Shown here: piece after piece, positions 37,350-50,806 of the stretch
Position numbering within the stretch: position 1 is the stretch's first letter
Layout of the letters: the number at the start of each line of letters is the position of its first letter
NCBI GenBank assembly: GCA_053919585.1
Contig: CM132798.1
Length of the DNA stretch: 64,000 nt
Source: Euprymna scolopes
Taxonomy: Eukaryota
Strand: one strand, 5' to 3'
Notes under the pieces: model-generated
Seen by the model: only the letters and a program-made list of their open reading frames with translations
Database searches by the model: none
Told to the model about the DNA's origin: nothing
Position numbers and translations under genes: made by a program

Positions 37350-37995
37350 TCATTATAGCTGGCATTGCCTGGTCATAAAATACGCTTAAATATGATATTT
37401 TGAGTAATGCAGAATTCCTATTTATTATTATATTATATTGGACCTAATATATAGTACCTATTTACAATGCCTCCCCAAGGAACAGAGTTAGACACGTGGT
37501 GAAAAGGTACAAAAATAAAAATTGTCTCAGTCATGAAGGATTTCTCCTCCACTGAAAGAGAATGAGAAATAGAAGTGCCGCATCTGAAGAACAGATAATA
37601 CCTAATATATAGTAATAAGTTTAAAAACAATGACTCGTGCGCAACAACCGAGAATCGAAACTAAAACATTTAGCTTACGATTTACTTGTTCCTTTGACGT
37701 TATTGCCTGAGCTATGAAAATATGTTTGCTGCAAGACTAAAAATTAAAGCATGAATCAATAACTATTACGTTACGCATGCATATTCGTAATATTGTCGTT
37801 TTGACCTTCACCTGGAAAATTCCATTTCTTTTATTTTCACACTTTTGCACCGATTTTCCCCGGCTAAAAGCAAAATATAAAGTTTCTCATCGGTTCGAAT
37901 ACCCTATATATTAAGTTTTATGTCTGTAGATCCAAGAGGAGGTTGGCAATTTGTTTAAACAAATATACATACGCATACATAAATATATATATAGA
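37350..37995 (-). mobile_element. Helitron-like non-autonomous element
   Basis: Shares acgcttaaatatgatatttt with the CTAG/hairpin-bearing copy at 23200; the opposite end reads tctatatatat on the minus strand; internal similarity to about 6200-6460. Confidence 0.5.
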
Positions 37996-38104
37996 AAGAT
38001 GTTTGTGTTTACTATAAACTTTTTTATGCAAATATTATGCGATATTGTTCAAATCAAATTATTCGAGAACAAAATGCTATATTCGTATCATATATATTTT
38101 TACA

Positions 38105-38544
38105 AAGGAGTCACCACTTATTAAGGCCCGGAGGCCACTCGAGGATAATGGGTTAATGAGTGTACCGTAGTCAATGGAGAAATGTACAAGTAATCGTTAG
38201 TAGTGGAAATTTGGTAAATTGGATTACTTAAAGGAATTGCTCATAAAAAACTTGGACTTGAAGACGACCATATTGTAGTCAGTTGGAAAGCAGGAAAACG
38301 GAACAGAGTTCCACAGGCGTGCAGTTCTAAAAAAGAAGGAATCTGCGTTTAGGTTTAGGCACAGATGAAGAGTAGGGGAAATAGTGTTAAACGAGTGTTT
38401 TTTTTTTGTGAAAGTCAAGACAGGGGGACCATATTGAAGCTTAGACGAGCACTTGCTATAAAAAAACAATAAAGCAGAGATGTTCACGATGTCTCTTCTG
38501 TGGGAAAGCAGTTGCAGGAAAGAGAAAAGGGCATACTCCACTAG
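38105..38544 (-). mobile_element. CR1 3' fragment, antisense to the host gene
   Basis: ORF 38224-38541 (LSHRRDI...SFFFRTARLWNSVPFSCFPTDYN) matches the ORF2 C-terminus; the 3' UTR motif gagtggcctccgggccttaataagtggtgact is present. Confidence 0.85.
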
Positions 38545-39046
38545 NNNNNNNNNNNNNNNNNNNNNNNNNNNNNNNNNNNNNNNNNNNNNNNNNNNNNNNN
38601 NNNNNNNNNNNNNNNNNNNNNNNNNNNNNNNNNNNNNNNNNNNNNNNNNNNNNNNNNNNNNNNNNNNNNNNNNNNNNNNNNNNNNNNNNNNNNNNNNNNN
38701 NNNNNNNNNNNNNNNNNNNNNNNNNNNNACATGTTAAAAAAACACTTTTAAAAAGAGTTAAGTGGATAGTCCTTAATCTGCGGAGTTTCGAAGAAATATA
38801 TTCCTTCTCATCAGAGGGTAGGAATTAGCAAAATGCGAGATCGGATTTTGCATGCAAAAGTATTTGATGAAACTGCAAGTAAGTCAAAGAACTTACTTGA
38901 TAACAAAAAGTGAAGCAGAGGGAATATGATGAAGAAAAAGGTGATTTCACGTGAATGGATAGCCTGGTAAAAGGTAAATTATCCAATGAAGGTAAAATCC
39001 AAAAATGTAAATCCAATTTATTTATATAAAAAATGTAAATTCAATT

Positions 39047-39080
<34 letters not shown>

Positions 39081-39224
39081 TAGTTAATAAGTTACTTAGT
39101 AAATCTAGGTGAACATTCTTCTGGAGGTTGAAGGGTTAATACGGGCGACACTCAAAACTACAACAGCTGATAACTTAGGACGTCATAATTGACGTGGATT
39201 AAATAAATGATTTCATTCGAAATT

Positions 39225-40110
39225 CCGTGCAGACTTTAACAGAAAGACTCCTGAGTTCGACAAGATATGCATGAAGAAGGTCAGAGGTTACATCGACCGT
39301 AGCGTTGTGAAAACATTACTCATCATGAGAACGGTAGTCTGAAGTATCCAAGTAAAACGAATAATCAATCCGCATCTCGCTTTTGACAGTTCAGTTTTAC
39401 TCACTATCAAATTACGCCACAATATTGCACTTATGTAAGAAGTACTTAAATACTTAATCGGAGGATGTCATGATTATTAAGCTAATAAAAGATAAAGAAA
39501 TCAACCGAAACCTTTTGTAAGATAACATTAGTTTGTTTACAGCCATTCGCTTGTTTGATGCTTATTTTTAATATTACTCTATCAAAGGTTGATTTCCTTT
39601 TCTTTTGTAATCTTTTAGATAAGCTACATTGGTTGGATTTTAACATGTTAACTGTTCAATATTTCGATTACTTGCTGTTGTTGGCGCATCTTTCGTGAAG
39701 AAATCATCTTATGTTTCTTTTTTAGATGAAGGTTGATGATTTGTATTATTTGGATGATTCCGAAAATAGTTCTCATCTTGAGTGTTATTTTCAAAACGTT
39801 TCGACCGATGTAACCTCCAACCTTCTTCAAGTGTATCTTATGAAACTGGGGATTGAACCTTCAAGCTTCAAAAGAGTTTAACTTAGAACTGAATTTTACC
39901 TACTACTTTCACGGATCTACGACGAGTGCGCTATTCCTGCGGATTGAATATAATTACGTTCAAAATTCCGTGCTGACTCTCGAGTTAAACAAGATACACT
40001 CGAAGAAGGTCGGTGGTTGAATCGGTCGAAACTTTGCGAGAATAACACGCAAAATAAAATTTTGAATAATCTAAATAATGAAACAAATATTCTATAAACG
40101 AGATGGCTCT
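39225..40110. mobile_element. Cluster of three PLE pLTR-like repeats with degenerate hammerhead cores (+, -, +)
   Basis: Variants of caagatacac(c/t)tgaagaaggYYggaggttacatcggYcgaaacgttgtgaaaataacactcaagatgag at about 39260 (+), 39760-39840 (-) and 39990 (+); further copies at about 7505, 19110, 35760, 57600-57700 (-) and 57765 (+). Confidence 0.7.
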
Positions 40111-40735
40111 GATAGTTCTAATACTTCATAGTAGTTTATCTCATAACTCACAAAATTTCCCAAGGTCGAGTTGGATACCATTTAGTGTCACATCCAAAAT
40201 AATTCAGTAGAGTAGTTGATAAAGTTTGGTAATAGGATAGGAAGAAAGACTTAATGTGGAAATGATTTGGTAATGTTGATTTCTGCGTAGTGTGCTAATG
40301 AGGCTGTTTAATGTTATATATAATTTATATAATATATACACACTAATAATTTTTTTTGCCACTATTCCCAAAATCAACACGGAGATGGATTTCAAAGTAT
40401 TAGTTTTCTTTACAATTAAACGTCTGGTCATTGACAAAAATGTTATGTTACTTGTAAGGAGTTGATTAGCGTGTGGTTCGACGACGAAGAGGTGTCAATA
40501 TGTCAAATCGCGCTCGCCGCTATGTTTGCTCTTCTCTCTTTTCTGCTTTTTCTTCTTCTCTTATAGTCACAAATCGACATTCCTGGAATTGTAAACATCA
40601 AGATATTACATTCTTTCTTTTCTATTTTAAATTTCGTAATTCATAACTTCTTATTTTAAGTTCTTTGTTTTCGTTTTTATTACAATTCTATTCATTTTTA
40701 TGGAACCAAAACACCCCATCTGGAATTCATCTTGA

Positions 40736-40769
<34 letters not shown>

Positions 40770-41117
40770 ACACCTCCGCTTTCAAATGTACATTGTCATG
40801 TCTCTATTTCCAACGCCAAGAATATCTCGCGTATGGAACATGTTGACACGGACCTGCAAACTCCAAATCAAATATCAGCAAATACTTAATAAATAAACAA
40901 TTCCCATAAGCAATCTAATTGTACTTATTCGATTCATCATTTTGAATCCTCTCATTATATTCCTCATCTTAAACGGACAATACCTCATACTCGTGACTTT
41001 TGGCTGTGATAAACGGTGATTCATTAGTAAAAGAAATGGAAAAATAAAGACAATCACGCATCATCTAAATTAGGATCGTCTATAATCTAATTGTTCTTTT
41101 TTTCCGCGTGTTTTTAG

Positions 41118-41234
41118 GTTGCTCCGATTACTGCCCACCCATGCATCGACAAAGCTGCTCATTATTTCGGACTAAGAGTTATTCATACGCCGACTAAAAA
41201 CGATCATACAGCGGATGTGGTTGCGATGAAAAAG
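41118..41234 (+). CDS. SPL-family gene, coding exon 5
   Basis: Acceptor tttttAG; VAPITAHPCIDKAAHYFGLRVIHTPTKNDHTADVVAMKK (PLP-stacking His motif); donor AAG|GTAAGC; phases 0/0. Not in the ORF track. Confidence 0.93.
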
Positions 41235-41514
41235 GTAAGCGGTTCGTCCTTAGACTTTTTCTTTTACTCATCAATTTCCAAAACTTTCAGATCCTCGGCT
41301 TAATAAAAGCAATCGGTTGTCATCATAGAAAATAGAACGAATCTAAAATGATTACAAGCGGAAAAATAATTCCTTTGAATCTTCATCTTGTCTTTAATTT
41401 TGCCTTCAACCTGGATATTGAAAATCGAGGAAATCGGCAATACTACATATGTCTGTTTGTCAAGGTACGAACGAGCCCGATATAATTTAGAAAATTCACA
41501 GTCATTTTGTTTCA

Positions 41515-44500
41515 GTTTTTCTATTTTCATTAATCTGATTGGTTTTTCTATTTTCATTAATCTGATTGGTTTTTCTATTTTCATTAATCTGATTGGTTTT
41601 TCTATTTTTATTAATCTGATTGTTTTTTTCTATTTTCATTAATCTGATTGTTTTTTCGATTTTCATTAATTTGATTGGTTTTTCTATTTTCATTAATTTG
41701 ATTGGTTTTTCTATTTTCATTAATTTGATTGGTGTTTTCTATTTTCATTAATTTGATTGTTTTTTCTATTTTCATTAATCTGATTGTTTTTTCTATTTTC
41801 ATTAATCTGATTGGTTTTTCTATTTTCATTAATCTGATTGGTTTTTCTATTTTCATTAATCTGATTGGTTTTTCTATTTTTATTAATCTGATTGTTTTTT
41901 TCTATTTTCATTAATCTGATTGTTTTTTCTATTTTCATTAATTTGATTGGTTTTTCTATTTTCATTAATTTGATTGGTTTTTCTATTTTCATTAATTTGA
42001 TTGGTGTTTTCTATTTTCATTAATTTGATTGTTTTTTCTATTTTTATTAATCTGATTGTTTTTTCTATTTTCATTAATCTGATTGGTTTTTCTATTTTCA
42101 TTAATTTGATTGGTTTTTCTATTTTCATTAATTTGATTGGTGTTTTCTATTTTCATTAATCTGATTGGTTTTTCTATTTTTATTAATCTGATTGTTTTTT
42201 TCTATTTTCATTAATCTGATTGGTTTTTCTATTTTAATTAATCTTATTGGTTTTTCTATTTTCATTAATCTGATTGTTGTTTCTATTTTCATTAATCTGA
42301 TTGTTTTTTTCTATTTTCATTAATCTGATTGTTTTTTCTATTTTCATTAATCTGATTGTTTTTTCTATTTTCATTAATCTGATTGGTTTTTCTATTTTCA
42401 TTAATCTGATTGGTGTTTTCTATTTTCATTAATCTAATTGTTTTTTCTATTTTCATTAATCTGATTGGTTTTTCTATTTTAATTAATCTTATTGGTTTTT
42501 CTATTTTCATTAATCTGATTGGTTTTTCTATTTTCATTAATTTAATTGGTTTTTCTATTTTCATTAATCTGATTGTTTTTTCTATTTTCATTAATCTGAT
42601 TGGTTTTTCTATTTTCATTAATCTGATTGTTTTTTCTATTTTCATTAATCTGATTGTTTTTTTCTATTTTCATTAATCTGATTGGTTTTTCTATCTTCAT
42701 TAATATGATTGTTTTTTCTATTTTCATTAATGTGATTGCTTTTTCTATTTTCATTAATTTGATTGGTTTTTCTATTTTCATTGATTTGATTGGTTTTTCT
42801 ATTTTCATTAATCTGATTGGTTTTTCTATTTTCATTAATCTGATTGGTTTTTCTATTTTCATTGATTTGATTGGTTTTTCTATTTTCATTAATCTGATTG
42901 TTTTTTCTATTTTCATTAATCTGATTGGTTTTTCTATTTTCATTAATCTGATTGTTTTTTCTATTTTCATTAATCTGATTGCTTTTTCTATTTTCATTAA
43001 TTTGATTGCTTTTTCTATTTTCATTAATCTGATTGGTTTTTCTATTTTCATTAATCTGATTGTTGTTTCTATTTTCATTAATCTGATTGGTTTTTCTATT
43101 TTCATTAATGTGATTGGTTTTTCTATTTTCATTAATGTGATTGGTTTTTCTATTTTCATTGATTTGATTGTTTTTTCTATTTTCATTAATGTGATTGGTT
43201 TTTCTATTTTCATTAATCTGATTGTTTTTCTATTTTCATTAATTTGATTGTTGTTTCTATTTTCATTAATCTGATTGGTGTTTTCTATTTTCATTAATCT
43301 GATTGGTGTTTTCTATTTTCATTAATGTGATTGTTGTTTCTATTTTCATTAATCTGATTGGTGTTTTCTATTTTCATTAATGTGATTGTTGTTTCTATTT
43401 TCATTAATCTGATTGGTGTTTTCTATTTTCATTAATGTGATTGGTTTTTCTATTTTCATTAATCTGATTGGTTTTTCTATTTTCATTAATCTGATTGGTT
43501 TTTCTATTTTCATTAATCTGATTGGTTTTTCTATTTTTATTAATCTGATTGTTTTTTTCTATTTTCATTAATCTGATTGTTTTTTCGATTTTCATTAATT
43601 TGATTGGTTTTTCTATTTTCATTAATTTGATTGGTTTTTCTATTTTCATTAATTTGATTGGTGTTTTCTATTTTCATTAATTTGATTGTTTTTTCTATTT
43701 TCATTAATCTGATTGTTTTTTCTATTTTCATTAATCTGATTGGTTTTTCTATTTTCATTAATCTGATTGGTTTTTCTATTTTCATTAATCTGATTGGTTT
43801 TTCTATTTTTATTAATCTGATTGTTTTTTTCTATTTTCATTAATCTGATTGTTTTTTCTATTTTCATTAATGTGATTGGTTTTTCTATTTTCATTAATTT
43901 GATTGGTTTTTCTATTTTCATTAATTTGATTGGTGTTTTCTATTTTCATTAATTTGATTGTTTTTTCTATTTTTATTAATCTGATTGGTTTTTCTATTTT
44001 CATTAATCTGATTGGTTTTTCTATTTTCATTAATTTGATTGGTTTTTCTATTTTCATTAATTTGATTGGTGTTTTCTATTTTCATTAATCTGATTGGTTT
44101 TTCTATTTTTATTAATCTGATTGTTTTTTTCTATTTTCATTAATCTGATTGGTTTTTCTATTTTAATTAATCTTATTGGTTTTTCTATTTTCATTAATCT
44201 GATTGTTGTTTCTATTTTCATTAATCTGATTGTTTTTTTCTATTTTCATTAATCTGATTGTTTTTTCTATTTTCATTAATCTGATTGTTTTTTCTATTTT
44301 CATTAATCTGATTGGTTTTTCTATTTTCATTAATCTGATTGGTGTTTTCTATTTTCATTAATCTAATTGTTTTTTCTATTTTCATTAATCTGATTGGTTT
44401 TTCTATTTTAATTAATCTGATTGGTTTTTCTATTTTCATTAATCTGATTGGTTTTTCTATTTTCATTAATTTAATTGGTTTTTCTATTTTCATTAATCTG

Positions 44501-45886
44501 ATTGTTTTTTCTATTTTCATTAATCTGATTGGTTTTTCTATTTTCATTAATCTGATTGTTTTTTCTATTTTCATTAATCTGATTGGTTTTTCTATCTTCA
44601 TTAATATGATTGTTTTTTCTATTTTCATTAATGTGATTGCTTTTTCTATTTTCATTAATTTGATTGGTTTTTCTATTTTCATTGATTTGATTGGTTTTTC
44701 TATTTTCATTAATCTGATTGGTTTTTCTATTTTCATTAATCTGATTGGTTTTTCTATTTTCATTGATTTGATTGGTTTTTCTATTTTCATTAATCTGATT
44801 GTTTTTTCTATTTTCATTAATCTGATTGGTTTTTCTATTTTCATTAATCTGATTGTTTTTTCTATTTTCATTAATCTGATTGCTTTTTCTATTTTCATTA
44901 ATTTGATTGCTTTTTCTATTTTCATTAATCTGATTGGTTTTTCTATTTTCATTAATCTGATTGTTGTTTCTATTTTCATTAATCTGATTGGTTTTTCTAT
45001 TTTCATTAATGTGATTTGTTTTTCTATTTTCATTAATGTGATTGGTTTTTCTATTTTCATTGATTTGATTGTTTTTTCTATTTTCATTAATGTGATTGGT
45101 TTTTCTATTTTCATTAATCTGATTGTTTTTCTATTTTCATTAATTTGATTGTTGTTTCTATTTTCATTAATCTGATTGGTGTTTTCTATTTTCATTAATC
45201 TGATTGGTGTTTTCTATTTTCATTAATGTGATTGTTGTTTCTATTTTCATTAATCTGATTGGTTTTTCTATTTTCATTAATCTGATTGCTTTTTCTATTT
45301 TCATTAATTTGATTGGTTTTTCTATTTTCATTAATGTGATTGGTTTTTCTATTTTCATTAATGTGATTGCTTTTTCTATTTTCATTGATTTGATTGGTGT
45401 TTCTATTTTCATTAATCTGATTGTTTTTTCTATTTTCATTAATCTGATTGTTTTTTCTATTTTCATTAATCTGATTGGTGTTTTCTATTTTCATTAATGT
45501 GATTGTTGTTTCTATTTTCATTAATCTGATTGGTGTTTTCTATTTTCATTAATGTGATTGTTGTTTCTATTTTCATTAATCTGATTGGTGTTTTCTATTT
45601 TCATTAATGTTATTGGTTTTTCTATTTTCATTAATCTGATTGGTTTTTCTATTTTCATTAATCTGATTGGTTTTTCTATTTTCATTAATGTGATTGGTTT
45701 TTCTATTTTCATTAATGTGATTGGTTTTTCTATTTTCATTAATCTGATTGGTTTTTCTATTTTCATTAATCTAATTTGTTTTTCTATTTTCATTAATGTG
45801 ATTGGTTTTTCTATTTTCATTAATCTGATTGCTTTTTCTATTTTCATTAATTTGATTGGTTTTTCTATTTTCATTAATCTGATTGG
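41515..45886. repeat. 27-bp satellite array, about 160 units, with higher-order structure
   Basis: Unit ttttctattttcattaatctgattggt with recurrent variants. Confidence 0.97.
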
Positions 45887-45973
45887 CAAAAATATGCTAT
45901 TAAAATTCGCAATTTTTGCATTATCAAATCGGAATATTCAGTGTGGCTTAATCGCCATATATATTTTATAAAT

Positions 45974-46035
<62 letters not shown>

Positions 46036-46089
46036 ATTTCTCCTATCTCTTCTCTCTAAAAAACAGAAGAAAATAATTCATGTGAGCAG

Positions 46090-47260
46090 TATTGTCGGGA
46101 TTATTTCACCAACAAGAAGAGGGGGTTGTAAGAAAAGGTGCAGTAAGAGCTTGCAACAAAATTGTGATGTTGCTTATAAGCAGTCTTTTCTTTCCTTGTA
46201 AAGGTAACAATTAACTGGTAACGTTTGCCGAACAACAGTAACGAGGTGATTAGTCTAAGAGACGCCAACCGACTAGCAAACTAGGTAACTAGCTTCTTAA
46301 CTAATCACTAACCCGTAGTGAGACAACTCATTTTATACATACTAACTCTCAGTGGCGAGAATTCCAACGTGATTTCCAACGAGATTAGAATGTCTATTTA
46401 ACTTGGTAGGAAATATACACCCAGTTTCTCAGTAACGGCAAAACAGCAGTTCAGTGTCTTTTCTTCCCTCCGACCCACCCCCGGTAAGTCAAATCAATTT
46501 CAATTCTTACAGTATATCATCACTACATAAGAGCTAATACTATACTCTTCACGCTCAAAAGGAACAAAGAAAAATCTCATTATAACCACAGAACAGATAC
46601 TACATTACCAACAATAAAAAGGAGGAAGTGATACCCGAACGTATACTATACTAACCCCAAGAGAATAGGGTGGATAATTTCATGGCAATAGAACATATAC
46701 TATACTATCCCCTCAAAATGAAGATGTAAAACTTGGTTGGATAACGATAGTTGAACAGACAGAGCATTACATCAGAGAAGGCGTAGTAGCGGACATGATA
46801 GGGCGACTGTTTACCTCACTGAGATTACTTTCGGCCAGAAGCTGCGGCCTCCTCTGCTGCCAGTCGTCGCTGGTTCGCTCCACTGCACATGAGTATTGGA
46901 GGTTCAGAGGGTGTCTATCTGATGCACAACAAATACTGCACCTAAACTGCACAAGCAAGTTTGGAGCCAAGGTGGAAAGTCCTGTGGTGATGGAATGAGA
47001 CTACGCCAACACTGAGTGATAAAGCAGCGAGTCTGATCATTACCAGATGGGTTACCATTAGGGAATACCAAGGAGTATGGCGACAACTCTCTGCAAGAAC
47101 TGCAAAACCTAGCATTGTCATCTCCCCCTGATGAATTGGGTGCTTTAATATTCCCTAGAAACTTCCGCTTTGTATGGAGCTGGCTCAACTTACCTAGAGT
47201 TTCGGTTTTCTCTGGCAACATTAGGTAGGGTTTCCTGGAGTTCGATCTGTTGTACTGTAC
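46090..47260 (-). mobile_element. Probable LTR-retrotransposon remnant
   Basis: GC-richer decayed coding-like block at 46770-47260 with minus-strand HSITTGLS, similar to the Gypsy integrase C-terminal HSTTGxSP; weak evidence. Confidence 0.3.
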
Positions 47261-48780
47261 ACTTTTTTTTTGCATGAGTAACGAACGAGTACGATTGGTT
47301 TTAGACCAAATATTTTTTTATTTTGTTTTAGGATTTAAGAAGGTTTTTTTTTTTTAATTACTCGATTATTCGGGAATCATACCTTGGACAGAGAGAGAGA
47401 GCACTTTCACTTCTGTCTACGTTTTTCACGAATATGTGTTTTATAATTAAATTGCATTATATTTTCAATCTTTGCTTGAGATATTGTCCTCCCACGCATT
47501 ACTATCTCTTTCTTTTCTGATGTAACGTTTTATCTGTTATATTATTTGAATTAATTTTATATTTTAAAAGAAACTAGTAGTGATAAAGAAATAAGCGGTT
47601 TCCCTTTTACAAAAACAAATTAAAAACAATGATCTGATGTAGTTTATCAATAAAACATATTCAAGAACAAGTTAATTAATATAATGTAATTTTTTCAAAC
47701 CAATACGAAAATGTCAGGAAGACTTGAGACTTGAGGTATTCTCTGTGTCGATAGAGAGATGCTCGTAAAACCAAATCAATTTATGATAATCCTCAGTGTG
47801 GTGCTTCATAATAGATACAGGCCCTTAATGAAGTTTCGCATGACGCGTACTATCGCCTCATTCCGACTGTTTTTAGACACAAATCTGTTGAGAAAACCGA
47901 CATATTTTTTTTCGCATGGTTCTTTGCTGATGCTGCTTGTTTTGTGATTTTTTTTTTGTTGTTGCTGTTGTTGAGCATTATTCATGATAGTGATTTTTTT
48001 TTTGTTAGCATTCGTTTCCCCAATAGCATTCTATTAAGAATTCTTTCTTAAAGGAAATTAAGTACTTACGAGAGGGATTACATTAAGGTTGCCAACGTTC
48101 TTAAGTGAAAGTGTTTCTGTGGCACGAACTGGGTTGAGCAACGTTAACCATTGAGCCATGACCACCTCTCTGCTGATGCTGCTTCATGTCTAGTGTTTGT
48201 CGCTGATTCTGTTGCTGACAAGGATGCAAAAGTGTCGGCACGTCGCATCCCATATAAGCGCCTTAACATTTGGACAGGGAAATTCAGTCAGGACCTCACA
48301 CCGGTTGATGCTATTGATTCGAGGATCGATGGAAGGCCAACGGTGTCAAGTGACTATAAAACGATATCGTTGTGAACGCGATATCTTAGGAATCTTTCGA
48401 CGCTCCATCTACATAAAATTCACCGATTAAACTGATAGAGTGATTTACAACGGTTATAGAAAGAACCCTGGATATACTATTTTACTAATCCTTGAATTAT
48501 ATAATGTTTATGTAAATAATATTTTCGTAAAAAGATAATAAGGAAACGCTAACTATCTGCCACGTCGCATTTATGAAATAGATATAAATAAACTAAATGA
48601 ATCTAAAAATATAAACTAAATGAATCGACTGTGATCAAGGATAACCCAAAACTACTGCCTATTTAATGCGACATCCCTTTGGTGTCATGTTAAGTTCTTC
48701 GTCAGATTCTACGAACCCTTCTCCGTACTTGAGCAAATTATATGTAATAACTAGGGCTATGGCAATAGAATATTCTTAGC

Positions 48781-48899
48781 ATTATTTTGACTCTCGAGTA
48801 TATATCCGACACAGACACAGTTAATCAATCCAGAACCATATCACTCTATATAAAAGCATATTAAAAATTAACTGATATATACTCGAGAGTCAAAATAAT
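48781..48899. repeat. Perfect 26-bp inverted repeat with a 67-nt spacer
   Basis: attattttgactctcgagtatatatc ... gatatatactcgagagtcaaaataat. Confidence 0.9.
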
Positions 48900-49163
48900 A
48901 ATAACGATTATCGCGTCCGGTCTCTTTGATTGAATGAGTTTATTTGTGTGTAACTTCANNNNNNNNNNNNNNNNNNNNNNNNNNNNNNNNNNNNNNNNNN
49001 NNNNNNNNNNNNNNNNNNNNNNNNNNNNNNNNNNNNNNNNNNNNNNNNNNNNNNNNNNNNNNNNNNNNNNNNNNNNNNNNNNNNNNNNNNNNNNNNNNNN
49101 NNNNNNNNNNNNNNNNNNNNNNNNNNNNNNNNNNNNNNNNNNNNNNNNNNNNNNNNNNNNNNN

Positions 49164-49305
49164 AGAGCACTATTCTTCTAGTTGGTTCAGCTCCCCAATT
49201 TTGCCATGGGATTGTTGACCCTATTGCGGAACTCTCTTACCTTGCTGTTCAAACTGGATTACCTTTACATGTAGATGCCTGTTTTGGTGGATTCATGCTG
49301 CCATG
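49164..49305 (+). CDS. SPL-family gene, coding exon 6 (5' end hidden in N gap)
   Basis: STILLVGSAPQFCHGIVDPIAELSYLAVQTGLPLHVDACFGGFMLP(W); hallmark HVDACxGG; donor TG|GTATGT, phase 2. Confidence 0.93.
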
Positions 49306-49337
49306 GTATGTATACTTCACGTAAACAAAAACACGCG

Positions 49338-49380
<43 letters not shown>

Positions 49381-49719
49381 AGAAATATTTAGTTTAAAAA
49401 GTAAACTGATATGGAAAAAATTCTCCGGTCTACATATTCTAGATAAACGTAAGTTGTTTATTACTTTCGTTAAATTTGCCCTCATTTCTAAATTCTTAAT
49501 TAATAGCAGGTGCAAAATTGACTTAACAGGGGAAGGGTACAAAATGGAGAATAAACGAAGCGAAACTGCTCCAACAAAGAAAGTTTAATAGCATTGAACT
49601 ATGTTTACTTAGTTTTAGTACACTAACATCTCCATTACACCCTCCCCCCCACACATACACAAACACACACACACACACACACGCATAATCTCTCTCTTAA
49701 CTCGACCCCTCTCTTCCAA

Positions 49720-49870
49720 ATCAAAATTCCAACTCCAATTATTCTTCTCAGCTAACTAGAACCACGTGACCCACACATAATTCCTTCAGTTGATCAGATG
49801 CTTCCAGTGACACTTGTCTATATTTAAGCTCAATAATATTTTGGTAACTTTTATGAAAACATCTTCATAT
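49720..49870. repeat. Dispersed repeat (possibly a solo LTR); inverted copy at about 54800-54945
   Basis: gatgttttcataaaa...tagacaa...ggaagc..ctg.tca.ctga...gtcacgtg...gagttggaattt occurs in opposite orientations. Confidence 0.55.
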
Positions 49871-50236
49871 TTCATCTAATGTTTATCTTGCTCGATCGAG
49901 ATGGATAAATGCAGAAATTCACAAACTAGATCGAGAGATATATCGATAATACAAATAGATATATAAATAGAGCGACAGACAGATAAATAACTAATAATTT
50001 CTTGCNNNNNNNNNNNNNNNNNNNNNNNNNNNNNNNNNNNNNNNNNNNNNNNNNNNNNNNNNNNNNNNNNNNNNNNNNNNNNNNNNNNNNNNNNNNNNNN
50101 NNNNNNNNNNNNNNNNNNNNNNNNNNNNNNNNNNNNNNNNNNAACGTCACAGCTTACAAGAGCCATGACAGCATCATGAGCTACGACGCTGTTTGGCTGT
50201 GGAAATTATTATATAATCTCACATTTGAAAATTATA

Positions 50237-50307
<71 letters not shown>

Positions 50308-50310
<3 letters not shown>

Positions 50311-50806
50311 GGTGTCTCAATAAAATGTATACACTCTTTAAATTATCTCAACTTGCTACAGGAATACGCTATACAACGTCCCCACTATCATCATGACGTA
50401 AGATCATATCTTGGTAGTCACCGGCGAAACAGATAGCTACGACGAAGAGGAAGTACTGAGTACTGTCCATGCTCAGAAGATTGACTCCCCCGCTGGATTT
50501 TGAGGGTGGGAATGGGTGGAGGCATGTTAAACACAGCTCCAATGAATGAGTTGAAAGCACCCATTGAAAGAAGGTGTTAACATACCAATTGAACTGATTA
50601 GAAACGTTTCGATTCAATCAGTGAGCGTTTTCACCTGTTCATGCACCACAATGGACAATAATTTGAACACTTCGATAATTAGCTGGTTTCTATAGTTTTT
50701 TTTGTTTTTTTTTACAGTATATTGATGTATGAAACTTTTCTTTCTTATAATAAATGTTGGTTTCATGGCCATTTAAAGAGTGTATACATTTTATTAGGAC
50801 ACCCTG
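50308..50806. mobile_element. Tc1/mariner-type MITE with ~35-bp TIRs in a TA context
   Basis: ta|cagggtgtctcaataaaatgtatacactctttaaa ... tttaaagagtgtatacattttattaggacaccctg|ta. Confidence 0.88.

Noticed and set aside
41515-45886. CRISPR-like array
   Set aside because: Units are contiguous with no unique spacers, there are no cas genes, and the context is a eukaryotic intron.
41300-45971. Long ORFs of MKIEKPIRL / FSIFINLIG repeats (up to 324 aa)
   Set aside because: These arise from a stop-free 27-bp (9-codon) satellite with frequent frameshifting 28-bp units; there is no coding signal.
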